Shown piece after piece: positions 13,001-26,039 of a DNA stretch of 64,000 nucleotides. This DNA is from Eledone cirrhosa. Its lineage: Eukaryota. The stretch's first letter is position 1; every line of letters starts with the position of its first letter. Both the position numbers and the translations under genes were made by a program. Below the pieces are notes generated by a model. That model was not told the origin of the DNA, searched no databases, and was given only the letters and a program-made list of their open reading frames with translations. The stretch covers positions 417,694,001 to 417,758,000 of the forward strand of contig OZ024740.1 of assembly GCA_964016885.1 (NCBI GenBank). Direction: 5' to 3'.

Positions 13001-15714
13001 CATGTGGTTAGAATGTCTCAGGAAAGAATCTCCGAATTGAGAGACCACAGCCCTGATATTACAGACATGTGGCTAGAATGTCTCAGGAAAGAATCTCCGA
13101 ATTGAGACAACCACAGCTCTGATATTACAGACATGTGGCTAGAATATCTCAGGAAAGAATCTCTGAATTGAGAGATCACAGCTCTGATATTACAGGCATG
13201 GGACTAGAATGTCTCAGGAAAGAATCTCCGAATTGAAAGATCACAGCTCTGATATTACAGACATGTGGATAGAATGTCTCAGGAAAGAATCTCCGAATTG
13301 AAAGACCACAGCTGTGATATTACAGACATGTGGCTAGAATGTCTCAGGAAAGAATCTCCAAATTGAGAGACCACAGCTCTGATATTACAGACATGTGGCT
13401 AGAATATCTGAGGAAAGAATCTCCGAATTGAGAGACCAGAGCTCTGATATTACAGACATGTGGCAAGAATATCTCAGGAAAGAATCTCGGAATTGAAAGA
13501 TCACAGCTCTGATATTACAAACATGTGGATAGAATGTCTCAGGAAAGAATCTCCGAATTGAGAGACCACAGCTCTGATACTACAGACATGTGGTTAGAAT
13601 GTCTCAGGAAAGAATCTCCGAATTGAGAGACCACAGCTCTGATATTACAGATATGTGGTTAGAATATCTCAGGAAAGAATCTCTGAATTGAGAGATCACA
13701 GCTCTGATATTACAGACATGTGACTAGAATGTCTCAGGAAAGAGTCTCTGAATTGAGAGACCACAGCTCTGATATTACAGACATGAGGTTAGAACGTCTC
13801 AGGAAAGAATCTCTGAATTGTGAGATCACAGCTCTGATATTACAGACATGTGGTTAGAATGTCTCAGGAAAGAGTCTCTGAATTGAGAGACCACAGCTCT
13901 GATACTACAGACATGTGGTTAGAATGTCTTAGGAAAGAATCTCTGAATTGAGAGACCACAGGTCTGATACTACAGACATGTGGTTAGAATGTCTCAGGAA
14001 AGAGTCTCTGAATTGAGAGACCACAACTCCGATATTACAAACGTGTGGCTAGAATGTCTCAGGAAAGAGTCTCTGAATTGAGAGACCACAGCTCTGATGT
14101 TAAAGACATGTGGCTAGAATGTCTCAGGAAAGTGTCTCTGAATGGAGAGACCACAGCTCTGATACTACAGACATGTAGTTAGAATGTCTCAGGAAAGAGT
14201 CTCTGAATTGAGAGACCACAGCTCTGATACTACAGACATTTGGCTAGAATATCTCAGGAAAGAATCTCTGAATTGAGAGATCACAGCTCTGATATTACAG
14301 TCATGGGGCTAGAATGTCTCAGGAAAGAATCTCCGAATTGAAAGATCACAGCTCTGATATTACAGACATGTGGTTAGAATGTCTCAGGAAAGAATCTCCG
14401 AATTGAAAGACCACAGCTCTGATATTACAGACATGTGGTTAGAATGTCTCAGGAAAGAATCTCTGAATTGAGAGACGACAGCTCTGATATTACAGACATG
14501 TGGCTAGAATGTCTCAGGAAAGAATCTCCGAATTGAGAGACCACAGCTCTGATATAACAGACATGTGGCTAGAATATCTCATGAGAGAATCTCTGAATTG
14601 AGAGATCACAGCTCTGATATTACAGTCATGGGGCTAGAATGTCTCAGGAAAGAATCTCCGAATTGAAAGATCACAGCTCTGATATTACAGACATGTGGTT
14701 AGAATGTCTCAGGAAAGAATCTCCGAATTGAAAGACCACAGCTTGATATTACAGACATGTGGCTAGAATGTCTCAGGAAAGAATCTCCGAATTGAGAGAC
14801 CACAGCTCTGATATAACAGACATGTGGCTAGAATGTCTCAGGAAAGAATCTCCGAATTGAGAAACCACAGCTCTGATATTACAGACATGTGGCTAGAATA
14901 TCTCAGGGAAGAATCTCTGAATTGAGAAGAGATCACAGCTCTGATATTACAGGCATAGGGCTAAAATGTCTCAGGAAAGAATCTCCGAATTGAAAGAACA
15001 CAGCTCTGATATTACAGACATGTGGATAGAATGTCTCAGGAAAGAATCTCTGAATTGAAAGACCACAGCTCTGATATTACAGACATGTGGTAAGAATGTC
15101 TCAGGAAAGAATCTCCGAATTGAGACACCACAGCTCTGATATTACAGACATGTGGCTAGAATGTCTCAGGAAAGAATCTCCGAATTGAGAGACCACAGCT
15201 CTGATATTACAGACAAGTGGCTAGTATGTCACAGGAAAGAATCTCTGAATTGAGAGATCACAACTCTGATATTACAGACATGTGGTTAGAATGTCTCAGG
15301 AAAGAATCTTTGAATTGAGAGACCACAGCTCTGATATTACAGACATATGGTTAGAATGTCTCAGGAAAGAGTCTCTGAATTGAGAGACAACGGCTCTGAT
15401 GTTACAGACATGTGGTTAGAATATCTCAGGAAAGAATCTCTGAATTGAGAGATCACAGCTCTGATATTACAGACATGTGGCAAGAATGTCTCAGGAAAGA
15501 ATCTCTGAATTGAGAGACCACAGCTCTGATACTACAGACATGTGGTTAGAATGTCTCAGGAAAGAATCTCCGAATTGAGAGACCACAGCTCTGATATTAC
15601 AGACATGTGGCTAGAATATCTCAGGAAAGAATCTCCGAATTGAGAGACCAGAGCTCTGATATTACAGACATGTGGCAAGAATGTCTCAGGAAAGAATCTC
15701 TGAATTGAGAGACC
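7011..15714 (+). other. Seven dispersed copies of a 52-bp monomer variant (13-bp deletion, junction GAGACCTACAG)
   Basis: The junction CC lies at 7011, 8753, 9455, 10482, 11900, 12993 and 15713. The normal sequence is GAGACCACAGCTCTGATAYTACAG. Not seen elsewhere in the window. Confidence 0.93.
9310..14230 (+). repeat. Tandem duplication of a ~38-39-monomer block (offset 2445/2511 bp)
   Basis: Deletion junctions pair at 9455/11900 (2445) and 10482/12993 (2511 = 39x65-13-13+1+1). GAATATCTGAGG is at 10891/13402. The rare variants GAATAGAGAG, CATTTGGC and GGCAGTGGAC are shared. Confidence 0.85.
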
Positions 15715-18320
15715 TACAGACATGTGGTTAGAATGTCTCAGGAAAGAATCTCCGAATTGAGAGACCACAGCCCTGATATTACAGACATGTGGCTAGAATG
15801 TCTCAGGAAAGAATCTCCGAATTGAGACAACCACAGCTCTGATATTACAGACATGTGGCTAGAATATCTCAGGAAAGAATCTCTGAATTGAGAGATCACA
15901 GCTCTGATATTACAGGCATGGGACTAGAATGTCTCAGGAAAGAATCTCCGAATTGAAAGATCACAGCTCTGATATTACAGACATGTGGATAGAATGTCTC
16001 AGGAAAGAATCTCCGAATTGAAAGACCACAGCTGTGATATTACAGACATGTGGCTAGAATGTCTCAGGAAAGAATCTCCAAATTGAGAGACCACAGCTCT
16101 GATATTACAGACATGTGGCTAGAATATCTGAGGAAAGAATCTCCGAATTGAGAGACCAGAGCTCTGATATTACAGACATGTGGCAAGAATATCTCAGGAA
16201 AGAATCTCGGAATTGAAAGATCACAGCTCTGATATTACAAACATGTGGATAGAATGTCTCAGGAAAGAATCTCCGAATTGAGAGACCACAGCTCTGATAC
16301 TACAGACATGTGGTTAGAATGTCTCAGGAAAGAATCTCCGAATTGAGAGACCACAGCTCTGATATTACAGATATGTGGTTAGAATATCTCAGGAAAGAAT
16401 CTCTGAATTGAGAGATCACAGCTCTGATATTACAGACATGTGACTAGAATGTCTCAGGAAAGAGTCTCTGAATTGAGAGACCACAGCTCTGATATTACAG
16501 ACATGAGGTTAGAACGTCTCAGGAAAGAATCTCTGAATTGTGAGATCACAGCTCTGATATTACAGACATGTGGTTAGAATGTCTCAGGAAAGAGTCTCTG
16601 AATTGAGAGACCACAGCTCTGATACTACAGACATGTGGTTAGAATGTCTTAGGAAAGAATCTCTGAATTGAGAGACCACAGGTCTGATACTACAGACATG
16701 TGGTTAGAATGTCTCAGGAAAGAGTCTCTGAATTGAGAGACCACAACTCCGATATTACAAACGTGTGGCTAGAATGTCTCAGGAAAGAGTCTCTGAATTG
16801 AGAGACCACAGCTCTGATGTTAAAGACATGTGGCTAGAATGTCTCAGGAAAGTGTCTCTGAATGGAGAGACCACAGCTCTGATACTACAGACATGTAGTT
16901 AGAATGTCTCAGGAAAGAGTCTCTGAATTGAGAGACCACAGCTCTGATACTACAGACATTTGGCTAGAATATCTCAGGAAAGAATCTCTGAATTGAGAGA
17001 TCACAGCTCTGATATTACAGTCATGGGGCTAGAATGTCTCAGGAAAGAATCTCCGAATTGAAAGATCACAGCTCTGATATTACAGACATGTGGTTAGAAT
17101 GTCTCAGGAAAGAATCTCCGAATTGAAAGACCACAGCTCTGATATTACAGACATGTGGTTAGAATGTCTCAGGAAAGAATCTCTGAATTGAGAGACGACA
17201 GCTCTGATATTACAGACATGTGGCTAGAATGTCTCAGGAAAGAATCTCCGAATTGAGAGACCACAGCTCTGATATAACAGACATGTGGCTAGAATATCTC
17301 ATGAGAGAATCTCTGAATTGAGAGATCACAGCTCTGATATTACAGTCATGGGGCTAGAATGTCTCAGGAAAGAATCTCCGAATTGAAAGATCACAGCTCT
17401 GATATTACAGACATGTGGTTAGAATGTCTCAGGAAAGAATCTCCGAATTGAAAGACCACAGCTTGATATTACAGACATGTGGCTAGAATGTCTCAGGAAA
17501 GAATCTCCGAATTGAGAGACCACAGCTCTGATATAACAGACATGTGGCTAGAATGTCTCAGGAAAGAATCTCCGAATTGAGAAACCACAGCTCTGATATT
17601 ACAGACATGTGGCTAGAATATCTCAGGAAAGAATCTCTGAATTGAGAAGAGATCACAGCTCTGATATTACAGGCATAGGGCTAAAATGTCTCAGGAAAGA
17701 ATCTCCGAATTGAAAGAACACAGCTCTGATATTACAGACATGTGGATAGAATGTCTCAGGAAAGAATCTCTGAATTGAAAGACCACAGCTCTGATATTAC
17801 AGACATGTGGTAAGAATGTCTCAGGAAAGAATCTCCGAATTGAGACACCACAGCTCTGATATTACAGACATGTGGCTAGAATGTCTCAGGAAAGAATCTC
17901 CGAATTGAGAGACCACAGCTCTGATATTACAGACAAGTGGCTAGTATGTCACAGGAAAGAATCTCTGAATTGAGAGATCACAACTCTGATATTACAGACA
18001 TGTGGTTAGAATGTCTCAGGAAAGAATCTTTGAATTGAGAGACCACAGCTCTGATATTACAGACATATGGTTAGAATGTCTCAGGAAAGAGTCTCTGAAT
18101 TGAGAGACAACGGCTCTGATGTTACAGACATGTGGTTAGAATATCTCAGGAAAGAATCTCTGAATTGAGAGATCACAGCTCTGATATTAAAGACATGTGG
18201 CAAGAATGTCTCAGGAAAGAATCTCTGAATTGAGAGACCACAGCTCTGATACTACAGACATGTGGTTAGAATGTCTCAGGAAAGAATCTCCGAATTGAGA
18301 GACCACAGCTCTGATATTAC
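12870..18320 (+). repeat. Near-identical tandem duplication of a 42-monomer block (2720 bp)
   Basis: Marker pairs 12993/15713, 13101/15821, 14581/17301 (ATGAGAGAAT), 14741/17461 (GCTTGATATT) and 14921/17641 are all 2720 apart (42x65-13+1+3-1). Confidence 0.92.
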
Positions 18321-19619
18321 AGACATGTGGCTAGAATGTCTCAGGAAAGAATCTCGAAATTGAGAGACCACAGCTCTGATATTACAGACATGTGGCTAGA
18401 ATATCTCAGGAAAGAATCTCTGAATTGAGAGATCACAGCTCTGATATTACAGGCATGGGGCTAGAATGTCTCAGGAAAGAATCTCCGAATTGAAAGATCA
18501 CAGCCCTGATATTTCAGACATGTGGATAGAATGTCTCAGGAAAGAATCTCCGAATTGAAAGACCACAGCTCTGATATTACAGACATGTGGCTAGAATGTC
18601 TCAGGAAAGAATCTCCGAATTGAGAGACCACAGCTCTGATATTACAGACATGTGGCTAGAATGTCTCAGGAAAGAATCTCCGAATTGAGAGACCACAGCT
18701 CTGATATTACAGACATGTCGCTAGAATGTCTCAGGAAAGAATCTCCGAATTGAGAGACGACAGCTCTGATATTACAGACATGTGGCTAGAATGTCTCAGG
18801 AAAGAATCTCCGAATTGAAAGATCACAGCTCTGATATTACAGACATGTGACTAGAATGTCTCAGGAAAGAGTCTCTGAATTGAGAGACCACGGCTCTGAT
18901 ATTACAGACATGAGGTTAGAACGTCTCAGGAAAGAATCTCTGAATTGTGAGATCACAGCTCTGATATTACAGACATGTGGTTAGAATGTCTCAGGAAAGA
19001 GTCTCTGAATTGAGAGACCACAGCTCTGATACTACAGACATGTGGTTAGAATGTCTTAGGAAAGAATCTCTGAATTGAGAGACCACAGGTCTGATACTAC
19101 AGACATGTGGTTAGAATGTCTCAGGAAAGAGTCTCTGAATTGAGAGACCACAACTCCGATATTACAAACGTGTGGCTAGAATGTCTCAGGAAAGAGTCTC
19201 TGAATTGAGAGACCACAGCTCTGATGTTAAAGACATGTGGCTAGAATGTCTCAGGAAAGTGTCTCTGAATGGAGAGACCACAGCTCTGATACTACAGACA
19301 TGTAGTTAGAATGTCTCAGGAAAGTGTCTCTGAATGGGAGACCACAGCTCTGATACTACAGACATGTGGTTAGAATGTCTCAGGAAAGAGTCTCTGAATT
19401 GAGAGACCACAGCTCTGATACTACAGACATGTGGTTAGAATGTCTCAGGAAAGAATCTCCGAATTGAGAGACCACATCTCTGATATTACAGACATGTGGC
19501 TAGAATATCTCAGGAAAGAATCTCTGAATTGAGAGATCACAGCTCTGATATTACAGACATGTGGTTAGAATGTCTCAGGAAAGAGTCTCTGAATTGAGAG
19601 ACGACAGCTCTGATATAAC

Positions 19620-22600
19620 AGACATGTGGTAAGAATGTCTCAGGAAAGAATCTCCGAATTGAGAGACCACAGCTCTGATATTACAGACATGTGGCTAGAA
19701 TGTCTCAGGAAAGAATCTCCGAATTGAAAGACCATAGCTCTGATATTACAGACATGTGGTTAGTATGTCACAGGAAAGAATCTCTGAATTGAGAGACCAC
19801 AGCTCTGATATTACAGACATATGGTTAGAATGTCTCAGGAAAGAGTCTCTGAATTGAGAGACAACGGCTCTGATGTTACAGACATGTGGTTAGAATGTCT
19901 CAGGAAAGAATCTCCGAATTGAGAGACCACAGCTATGATATTACAAACATGTGGCTAGAATGTCTCAGGAAAGAATCTCCGAATTGAGGGACCACAACTC
20001 TGATATTACAGACATGTGGCTAGAATGTCTCAGGAAAGAATCTCCGAATTGAGAGATGACAGCTCTGATATTACAGACATGTGGCTAGAATGTCTCAGGA
20101 AAGAATCTCCGAATTGGAAGATCACAGCTCTGATATTACAGACATGTGGATTGAATGTCTCAGGAAAGAATCTCTGAATTGAGAGACGACAGCTCTGATA
20201 TTACAGACATGTGGCTAGAATGTCTCAGGAAAGAATCTCTGAATTGAGAGATCACAGCTCTGATATTACAGACATGTGACTAGAATGTCTCAGGAAAGAA
20301 TCTCATAATTGAGAGACCACAGCTCTGATATTACAGACATGTGGTTAGAATGTCTCAGGAAGGAATCTCTGAATTGAGAGATCACAGCTCTGATATTATA
20401 GACATGTGGCTAGAATATCTCAGGAAAGAATCTCTGAATTGAGAAGAGATCACAGCTCTGATATTACAGGCATAGGGCTAAAATGTCTCAGGAAAGAATC
20501 TCCGAATTGAAAGAACACAGCTCTGATATTACAAACATGTGGATAGAATGTCTCAGGAAAGAATCTCCGAATTGAAAGACCACAACTCTGATATTACAGA
20601 CATGTGCTAAGAATGTCTCAGGAAAGAATCTCCGAATGGAGACACCACAGCTCTGATATTACAGACATGTGGCTAGAATGTCTCAGGAAAGAATCTCCAA
20701 ATTGAGAGACCACAGCTCTGATATTACAGACATGTGGCTAGTATGTCACAGGAAAGAATCTCTGAATTGAGAGATCACAGCTCTGATATTACAGACATGT
20801 GGTTAGAATGTCTCAGGAAAGAATCTTTGAATTGAGAGACCACAGCTCTGATATAACAGACATATGGTTAGAATGTCTCAGGAAAGAGTCTCTGAATTGA
20901 GAGACAACGGCTCTGATGTTACAGACATGTGGTTAGAATATCTCAGGAAAGAATCTCTGAATTGAGAGATCACAGCTCTGATATTACAGGCATGGGGCTA
21001 GAATGTCTCAGGAAAGAATCTCCGAATTGAAAGATCACAGCTCTGATATTACAGACATGTGGCTAGAATGTCTCAGGAAAGAATCTCCGAATTGAGAGAC
21101 CACAGCTCTGATATTACAGACATGTGGCTAGAATGTCTCAGGAAAGAATCTCCGAATTGAGAGACCACAGCTGTGATATTACAGACATGTAGCTAGAATG
21201 TCTCAGGAAAGAATCTCCGAATTGAGAGACGACAGCTCTGATATTACAGACATGTGGCTAGAATGTCACAGGAAAGAATCTCTGAATTGAGAGATCACAG
21301 CTCTGATATTACAGACATGTGGTTAGAATGTCTCAGGAAAGAATCTTTGAATTGAGAGACCACAGCTCTGATATTACAGACATATGGTTAGAATGTCTCA
21401 GGAAAGAGTCTCTGAATTGAGAGATCACAGCTCTGATGTTACAGACATGTGGTTAGAATATCTCAGGAAAGAATCTCTGAATTGAGAGATCACAGCTCTG
21501 ATATTACAGACATGTGGCAAGAATGTCTCAGGAAAGAATCTCTGAATTGAGAGACCACAGCTCTGATACTACAGACATGTGGCTAGAATATTTCAGGAAA
21601 GAATCTCCGAATTGAAAGACCACAGCTCTGATATTACAGACATGTGGCTAGAATGTCTCAGGAAAGAATCTCCGAATTGAGAGACCACAGCTCTGATATT
21701 ACAGACATGTGGCTAGAATGTCTCAGGAAAGAATCTCCGAATTGAGAGACGACAGCTCTGATATTACAGACATGTGGCTAGAATGTCTCAGGAAAGAATC
21801 TCCGAATTGAAAGATCACAGCTCTGATATTACAGACATGTGGATTGAATGTCTCAGGAAAGAATCTCCGAATTGAGAGACCACAGCTCTGATATTACAGA
21901 CATGTGGCTAGAATATCTCAGGAAAGAATCTCTGAATTGAGAAGAGATCACAGCTCTGATATTACAGGCATGGGGCTAGAATGTCTCAGGAAAGAATCTC
22001 CGAATTGAAAGAACACAGCTCTGATATTACAGACATGTGGATAGAATGTCTCAGGAAAGAATCTCTGAATTGAAAGACCACAGCTCTGATATTACAGACA
22101 TGTGGTAAGAATGTCTCAGGAAAGAATCTCCGAATTGAGAGACCACAGCTCTGATATTACAGACATGTGGCTAGAATGTCTCAGGAAAGAATCTCCGAAT
22201 TGAAAGACCACAGCTCTGATATTACAGACATGTGGCTAGTATGTCACAGGAAAGAATCTCTGAATTTAGAGACCACAGCTCTGATATTACAGACATATGG
22301 TTAGAATGTCTCAGGAAAGAGTCTCTGAATTGAGAGACAACGGCTCTGATGTTACAGACATGTGGTTAGAATGTCTCAGGAAAGAATCTCCGAATTGAGA
22401 GACCACAGCTATGATATTAGAAACATGTGGCTAGAATGTCTCAGGAAAGAATCTCCGAATTGAGGGACCAAAACTCTGATATTACAGACATGTGGCTAGA
22501 ATGTCTCAGGAAAGAATCTCCGAATTGAGAGATGACTGCTCTGATATTACAGACATGTGGCTAGAATGTCTCAGGAAAGAATCTCCGAATTGAAAGATCA

Positions 22601-23370
22601 CAGCTCTGATATTACAGACATGTGGATTGAATGTCTCAGGAAAGAATCTCTGAATTGAGAGACGACAGCTCTGATATTACAGACATGTGGCTAGAATGTC
22701 TCAGGAAAGAATCTCTGAATTGAGAGATCACAGCTCTGATATTACAGACATGTGACTAGAATGTCTCAGGAAAGAATCTCATAATTGAGAGACCACAGCT
22801 CTGATATTACAGACATGTGGTTAGAATGTCTCAGGAAGGAATCTCTGAATTGAGAGATCACAGCTCTGATATTATAGACATGTGGCTAGAATATCTCAGG
22901 AAAGAATCTCTGAATTGAGAAGAGATCACAGCTCTGATATTACAGGCATAGGGCTAAAATGTCTCAGGAAAGAATCTCCGAATTGAAAGAACACAGCTCT
23001 GATATTACAAACATGTGGATAGAATGTCTCAGGAAAGAATCTCCGAATTGAAAGACCACAACTCTGATATTACAGACATGTGGTAAGAATGTCTCAGGAA
23101 AGAATCTCCGAATTGAGACACCACAGCTCTGATATTACAGACATGTGGCTAGAATGTCTCAGGAAAGAATCTCCGAATTGAGAGACCACAGCTCTGATAT
23201 TACAGACATGTGGCTAGTATGTCACAGGAAAGAATCTCTGAATTGAGAGATCACAGCTCTGATATTACAGACATGTGGTTAGAATGTCTCAGGAAAGAAT
23301 CTTTGAATTGAGAGACCACAGCTCTGATATTACAGACATATGGTTAGAATGTCTCAGGAAAGAGTTTCTG
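19620..23370 (+). repeat. Older duplicated segment, ~19.6-20.9 kb and ~22.1-23.4 kb (offset 2476 bp, 38 monomers)
   Basis: The rare variants AGCTATGAT, GAGGGACC, GAGATGAC and ATTATAGAC occur in the same order in both. The +3 insertion is at 20438/22914 (2476 = 38x65+6). Several SNPs separate the copies. Confidence 0.8.
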
Positions 23371-26039
23371 AATTGAGAGACCACAGCTCTGATATTACAG
23401 ACATGTGGATTGAATGTCTCAGGAAAGAATCTCTGAATTGAGAGACCACAGCTCTGATATTACAGACATGTGGATTGAACATCTCAGGAAAGAATCTCTG
23501 AATTGAGAGACGACAGCTCTGATATTACAGACATGTAGCTAGAATGTCTCAGGAAAGAATCTCCGAATTGAACGACCACAGCTCTGATATTACAGACATG
23601 TGGCTAGAATGTCTCAGGAAAGAATCTCTGAATTGAGAGATCACAGCTCTGATATTACAGACATGTGACTAGAATGTCTCAGGAAAGAATCTCATAATTG
23701 AGAGACCACAGCTCTGATATTACAGACATGTGGCTAGAATGTCTCAGGAAAGAATCTCCGAATTGAAAGACCACAGCTCTGATATTACAGACATGTGGTA
23801 AGAATGTCTCAGGAAAGAATCTCCGAATTGAAAGACCACAGCTCTGATATTACAGACATGTGGTAAGAATGTCTCAGGAAAGAATCTCCGAATTGAGACA
23901 CCACAGCTCTGATATTACAGACATGTGGTTAGAATGTCTCAGGAAAGAATCTTTGAATTGAGAGACCACAGCTCTGATATTACAGACATATGGTTAGAAT
24001 GTCTCAGGAAAGAGTCTCTGAATTGAGAGACAACGGCTCTGATGTTACAGACATGTGGTTAGAATATCTCAGGAAAGAATCTCTGAATTGAGAGATCACA
24101 GCTCTGATATTACAGACATGTGGCAAGAATGTCTCAGGAAAGAATCTCTGAATTGAGAGACCACAGCTCTGATACTGCAGACATGTGGTTAGAATGTCTC
24201 AGGAAAGAATCTCCGAATTGAGAGACCACAGCTCTGATATTACAGACATGTGGCTAGAATGTCTCAGGAAAGAATCTCCAAATTGAGAGACCACAGCTCT
24301 GATATTACAGACATGTGGCTAGAATATCTCATGAAAGTATCTCTGAATTGAGAGATCACAGCTCTGATATTACAGGCATGGGGCTAGAATGTCTCAGGAA
24401 AGAATCTCCGAATTGAAAGATCACAGCTCTGATATTACAGACATGTGGATAGAATGTCTCGGGAAAGAATCTCCGAATTGAAAGACCACAGCTCTGATAT
24501 TACAGACACGTGGCTAGAATGTCTCAGGAAAGAATCTCCGAATTGAGAGACCACAGCTCTGATATTACAGACATGTGGCTAGAATGTCTCAGGAAAGAAT
24601 CTCCGAATTGAGAGACCACAGCTCTGATATTACAGACATGTGGCTAGAATGTCTCAGGAAAGAATCTCCGAATTGAGAGACGACAGCTCTGATATTACAG
24701 ACATGTGGCTAGAATGTCTCAGGAAAGAATCTCCGAATTGAAAGATCACAGCTCTGATATTACAGACATGTGGATTGAATGTCTCAGGAAAGAATCTCCG
24801 AATTGAGAGACCACAGCTCTGATATTACAGACATGTGGATTGAATGTCTCAGGAAAGAATCTCTGAATTGAGAGACGACAGCTCTGATATTACAGACATG
24901 TGGCTAGAATATCTCAGGAAAGAATCTCCGAATTGAAAGACAACAGCTCTGATATTACAGACATGTGGCTAGAATGTCTCAGGAAAGAATCTCTGAATTA
25001 AGAGATCACAGCTCTGATATTACAGAAATGTGACTAGAATGTCTCAGGAAAGAATCTCATAATTGAGAGACCACAGCTCTGATTTTACAGACATGTGGTT
25101 AGAATGTCTCAGGAAGGAATCTCTGAATTGAGAGATCACAGCTCTGATATTACAGACATGTGGCTAGAATATCTCAGGAAAGAATCTCTGAATTGAGAAG
25201 AGATCACAGCTCTGATATTACAGGCATAGGGCTAAAATGTCTCAGGAAAGAATCTCCGAATTGAAAGAACACAGCTCTGATATTACAGACATGTGGATAG
25301 AATGTCTCAGGAAAGAATCTCCGAATTGAAAGACCACAGCTCTGATATTACAGACATGTGGTAAGAATGTCTCAGGAAAGAATATCCGAATTGAGACACC
25401 ACAGCTCTGATATTACAGACATGTGGCTAGAATGTCTCAGGAAAGAATCTCCGAATTGAGAGACCACAGCTCTGATATTACAGACATGTGGCTAGTTTGT
25501 CACAGGAAAGAATCTCTGAATTGAGAGATCACAGCTCTGATATTACAGACATGTGGTTAGAATGTCTCAGGAAAGAATCTTTGAATTGAGAGACCACAGC
25601 TCTGATATTACAGACATATGGTTAGAATGTCTCAGGAAAGAGTCTCTGAATTGAGAGACAACGGCTCTGATGTTACAGACATGTGGTTAGAATATCTCAG
25701 GAAAGAATCTCTGAATTGAGAGATCACAGCTCTGATATTACAGACATGTGGCAAGAATGTCTCAGGAAAGAATCTCTGAATTGAGAGACCACAGCTCTGA
25801 TACTACAGACATGTGGTTAGAATGTCTCAGGAAAGAATCTCCGAATTGAGAGACCACAGCTCTGATATTACAGACATGTGGCTAGAATGTTTCAGGAAAG
25901 AATCTCCAAATTGAGAGACCACAGCTCTGATATTACAGACATGTGGCTAGAATATCTCAGGAAAGAATCTCTGAATTGAGAGATCACAGCTCTGATATTA
26001 CAGGCATGGGGCTAGAATGTCTCAGGAAAGAATCTCCGA

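Noticed and set aside
6854-15768. Seven 61-78 aa minus-strand ORFs as a multicopy small-protein gene family
   Set aside because: They are translations of satellite monomers with GTG starts. Each is tied to the 13-bp deletion, and there is no promoter, RBS or unique flanking context.
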